This document shows, piece by piece, positions 60,291 to 64,000 of a stretch of DNA of 64,000 bases. Numbering within the stretch: the first letter of the stretch is position 1; every line of letters starts with the position of its first letter. The position numbers and the translations under genes were made by a program. Where the stretch lies: NCBI GenBank assembly GCA_010015585.1, contig ML975149.1; one strand, written 5' to 3'. The stretch comes from Eremomyces bilateralis CBS 781.70 (lineage: Eukaryota). The notes below the pieces were generated by a model. That model did no database searches. It was not told the origin of the DNA and saw only the letters and a list, made by a program, of their open reading frames with translations.

Positions 60291-62524
60291 TTATAACTTG
60301 GCCTCTCCCGCCACCAAAAGTTTCCACTCCCGCTCCCCAAACTTCTCATACGTATCGCTGCCCGGGCGCAGCCAGAAAAGATCCTCCGGAACCTTGCTCG
60401 GGTCCACGCCCTGGTCCCGCAAGTGGGTCTTCTGTTGCTTATTCGTCCCCGTGGTATTGGCGTCCGCATCCGTCGACATGCGCAAGAAGAGGGGCACGGC
60501 ATACCGTGGTAGTCCCTTCGTCACGTGCTTCGCTACCTTTCGCAGCGTCACCGGGTCCGCCGATTTGCCCGCGTGGAAGACGATGGCCGCGCAGCCGGCA
60601 CGACCGTCGTGGCCGGGGACCTCGACGCCATAGACGTTAGCTTCGGCGACGTCGTCGGCGCGGCCCAGCACCTCGGCCACCTCGGCCGTCGACACATTCT
60701 CCGACTTCCACCGGAAGGTGTCGCCGATGCGGTCGCAGAAATAGATGAGGCCGTCCTCGTCGCGGAGGACGTCGCCGGTGCTGAACCAGGCGTCGCCCTT
60801 GACGAGCACATCGCGGAGCACCTTCTTGGATGTGGCGCCGTCGTTGCGGTAGTAGCCCTGGAACCGCTCGTTGATGTTCTTCTCGTCCAGCTTGTAGATC
60901 AGCTCCCCGGGCTGTCCATCGGCGACTTTCGAGCAGAGGCCCGTTTTCGGGTCACGGACGGGCAGGTTGGTCTCGAAATCCAGCTTGATGAACGCGATGC
61001 TCGAGCCGACGATCAGCTTGGCGAGGGCGCCGTTCCGTCCGACGGCACCGGTTGAAAACCCGTTGACGTCGCGATTCCACATGCCGGACGGTCCCTCGGT
61101 GGCGGCGTAGAACTCGCAGACTTCTGCGACGTCGAATCGCTGCTTGAACTTGTTCCAGACATCGGGACGCATGCCGTTGCCATACGCGAGGCGTACCCGA
61201 TTCTGCTTGTCGACGGGGGACTCCGGAGCGGACAACAGATAGCGGCAGGTTTCCCCGACATACTGGACCACGGATGCGTTGTGCTTCCGCACGTCGGCCC
61301 AGAACCCGGCACGTTGGAACTTCCGTCCAATGGCAATGGTGGAGCCTTGCGTGAGAGTGGACACGACTCCCAAGATTGCGGCGGAAGAATGGTATAAGGG
61401 CATGCACTGCAATGTGTGAGTGACGTCCAGGACGAACGGACGATCAGCATACCGTGTAAACCACATCCCCCTGCTTCAATGGCAGCCATTGCCCGATGAA
61501 ACCCGCTCCTAGTCGGCACTTCCCCCAACTAACGATCGCAGGCTTCGGCAAGCCGGTAGTGCCGCTGGTGTAAATGAGGTTTGCCATGTCAGGCATCTTG
61601 TCTCCACTGCGATCCTCATCCGGAGCCCGGTATGGCTCCAGAGCCTCCACGTGGGCTCGGAGCGCGGCATCAAAGACGACAACCTCCGTGCTGCCTTCCC
61701 CATTTCCAAGGAAGTCAGGCGCCTCGAGAGCCGCCTTGATCTCCGGGGTGAGAGAGTTTTGCGCGGGTTCCTCCTCGATGACCAGCAGGTGCGTGCCCGC
61801 GGCGCGCACCGAGTGCAGGAGTGGCTCGTCCGTCAGGTTGTAGTTAATGAACGCTGGCTTCGCACCAATGCTCCATAGCCCGAACCAGATGAACACGAAC
61901 GCGTCGCCATTCATGAAATCCATCGCGATGACCTGGCCGGGTTGGACGCCCTTGGATTTGAACCATGCGCCATACCGTAGAGACATCTCATATGCTTGCT
62001 TGTACGTGTAGGAGTTGTCCCCGTACAGGACGAACGCCTGATCGGCTCGGTTGCTCTGGGCCCATTGTTCCAAGATATAAAAGACTGAAATGCGGTCTTT
62101 GTATTCGTTCCATCGTGCCTTGAAGATGTTACTGAAGAACTTCCCGAGGAGGTCCCAATCGTTCGAGATGCCGTAACGCGCGTCTACATAGGATGCGGCT
62201 GCCGCGACGGCGGGTACGGTGAAGCTGAGAGGGACGGATCCCAAATATGGGAGAATCGACGCTGGGGGAGTTGGAATGTTAGCAACAATAGAGGTCGGGG
62301 AAGTGGAGTAAATGCATTTGTGGAGCTGCAGCAACTGGAGCTTCGGCAGGAAACCGCCGCGGCTCCAGGCTCCTAGCATGCAGTAGTACTACCAGACACC
62401 AGTCTACCACCAAGACAAGCCAGATGTATCATGTAAGAGAGGGATGGTGTTGAGGTTCAACGACACTTGGTTAGGGACGACCACACCAAGCGTCTACTTG
62501 AAGGACAAAGTACTCACAAGCCAT
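60291..62524 (-). CDS. FAT1: very-long-chain fatty acid transport protein / acyl-CoA synthetase with PTS1 (AKL)
   Basis: IYTSGTTGLPK, MPLYHSSA, QYVGETCRYL, EFYAATEG and DRIGDTFRWKSENVST. Probable 7-nt first exon ATGGCTT (62524-62518), GTGAGT donor, GCTAAC branch point and CAG acceptor at 62262. Confidence 0.93.
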
Positions 62525-64000
62525 GATAATCAAGCCGGTAGTCCCTAGCTATTCCAACCCGGTGGGTATCAATTCTAAGGCGACAAGAGACCTCGGGATG
62601 CGGAAAATGTCCCAAGAGCCACCAATGTACAATTGACGGTTCCTCTCGAAAGATAGCGATGATCAACGAGGGCGATGTATCATGATCGGCCAAGTTTGCA
62701 TGATATTACGACAAAGTCGAAAAATGCAAAGCCGACGCTCGACCGCGGATGGGCTGAGCAGATATATGACCCAGGGCCAGGAACGGCAAGTCTCTTGTCC
62801 GGATGGATTGTAAATGACACCTGTGACCTGTGACAATTGTGAGTACCGAGCAGGTAGCGTCACTGGCCTCCGCTGTCAGTGCTGGGCCAGGGGGTGGGCC
62901 GCGGGTATCGCTCGTATAGGTAAGGTAGCCAAACAACAAATGGGTCTGGGGTTGAACGTGAATCTCATGAATGAGATGTCCCCAGTTTTACGGCGGTAGG
63001 GTGCTATTAGTGGTGATATGAAAGTGATATGTATATTATTACTGTAGACAATAAAGACATGGCAGGATTGCTGAATTGAAAGACCAGCCATACCTAGGTA
63101 GGCAATTACGTTCCGAATTACACCATCACTGGCCTGACCCGTCATCTCCTGTCCACAGCGCAGGCGACATGGAAGACCTAGACTGGACTGGATCCTCCAC
63201 ATGAAAGCCAAGGCAACACCGAAATAAGGTATGGACAAATAGGAATCATGGATGGGATCGTTGGACCGGTACGATGCCCGTCGAACGCCGATGAGGCGCA
63301 CTACAGCGTCCCGGTGGGCACGGGACCGGAAACAGGAAGGCCGAACAGGCTGGTCGAATAAATAGAGACCGGCGAGAATCTAATGCATGTTGCAAGGATG
63401 CAAGGATGAAGGAAAGAGGAGCAGAACGTGATGCCGAGTTACCATTTGCGTGGAAACCGGAATGGGTGGAGATGTTTAAGTCACGTGATTTTAGGGAAAT
63501 GTGGTGGAGCGGGGCGGGGCGGGAAAGTGGAGCGTTTGACATCAGACTGGATTGGAGTGAGATTCCACTCATGCGGTCAGGTCTTGGCTCAACAGTGATT
63601 CTGCGAATTCATAAATCGAATTATCATCATATCGATATAAGATGGCTATCGCGTCGAAATGAGTGAGATCCAAGCAGGTGTTAGATGCATTCTCACATCC
63701 GCCGTCGCTATGTGCGCGAAGGACCATCAATCCCCCCAACTACCCGCTAGAGAGATACGATCCCCCATGTAGGAACGAACAATGGTGCGCCTTCAAAGCA
63801 AACCCGCCACCGTGGTACGCCGATGAACACGCTTTCGAAGAAATCTTGCCATTGCCCATATTTTCCTCGCCGATAAGATCGCATCGGCTCAAACTACCCT
63901 TCATTATCTCCCCGCTTAACCCGTCCCCTTATCCTCCACTAACGTCGGCGCAATCCTCCTCTTCTTCGTCTGCCTCGTCTCCCCATCTTCCCCCTCATCC

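Noticed and set aside
62600..64000. Short ORFs at the window end
   Set aside because: No recognisable product. The pyrimidine-rich end may precede a gene outside the window.

Overview
This is a filamentous ascomycete (Pezizomycotina-like) genomic window with short GT-AG introns and CTRAC branch points. It has four parts. (1) 1.5-14.1 kb: a divergent cell-wall pair, a GPI-type AgtA-like GH13 alpha-amylase/glucanotransferase and an alpha-1,3-glucan synthase. (2) 14.5-19.5 kb: a decayed region containing a RecQ-like helicase pseudogene that the ORF track misses, a convergent transposase-like ORF (together resembling an internally deleted AcademH-type transposon), nested inverted repeats and an orphan isochorismatase exon, followed by a large coiled-coil gene. 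(3) 24.7-45.5 kb: a compact putative xenobiotic/terpenoid catabolic cluster encoding an epoxide hydrolase, SDR, old yellow enzyme, AtuA-family protein, MFS transporter, bZIP-DUF3425 regulator, Baeyer-Villiger monooxygenase, metallo-beta-lactamase-fold lactonase and an omega-like GST. Its promoters share a bZIP/Yap-type element ATGA(C/G)T(C/A)AT, and it is interrupted by several MITEs and a Fot1/pogo remnant. (4) 46-62.5 kb: GC-rich housekeeping genes (FNIP/Lst4-like, glyoxalase-like, KEI1, YPT6/RAB6, NOP53, bioF, RPEL protein, FAT1). The best candidate for an undescribed system is the co-regulated cluster in part 3. All calls come from motif recognition by eye; no searches were run.
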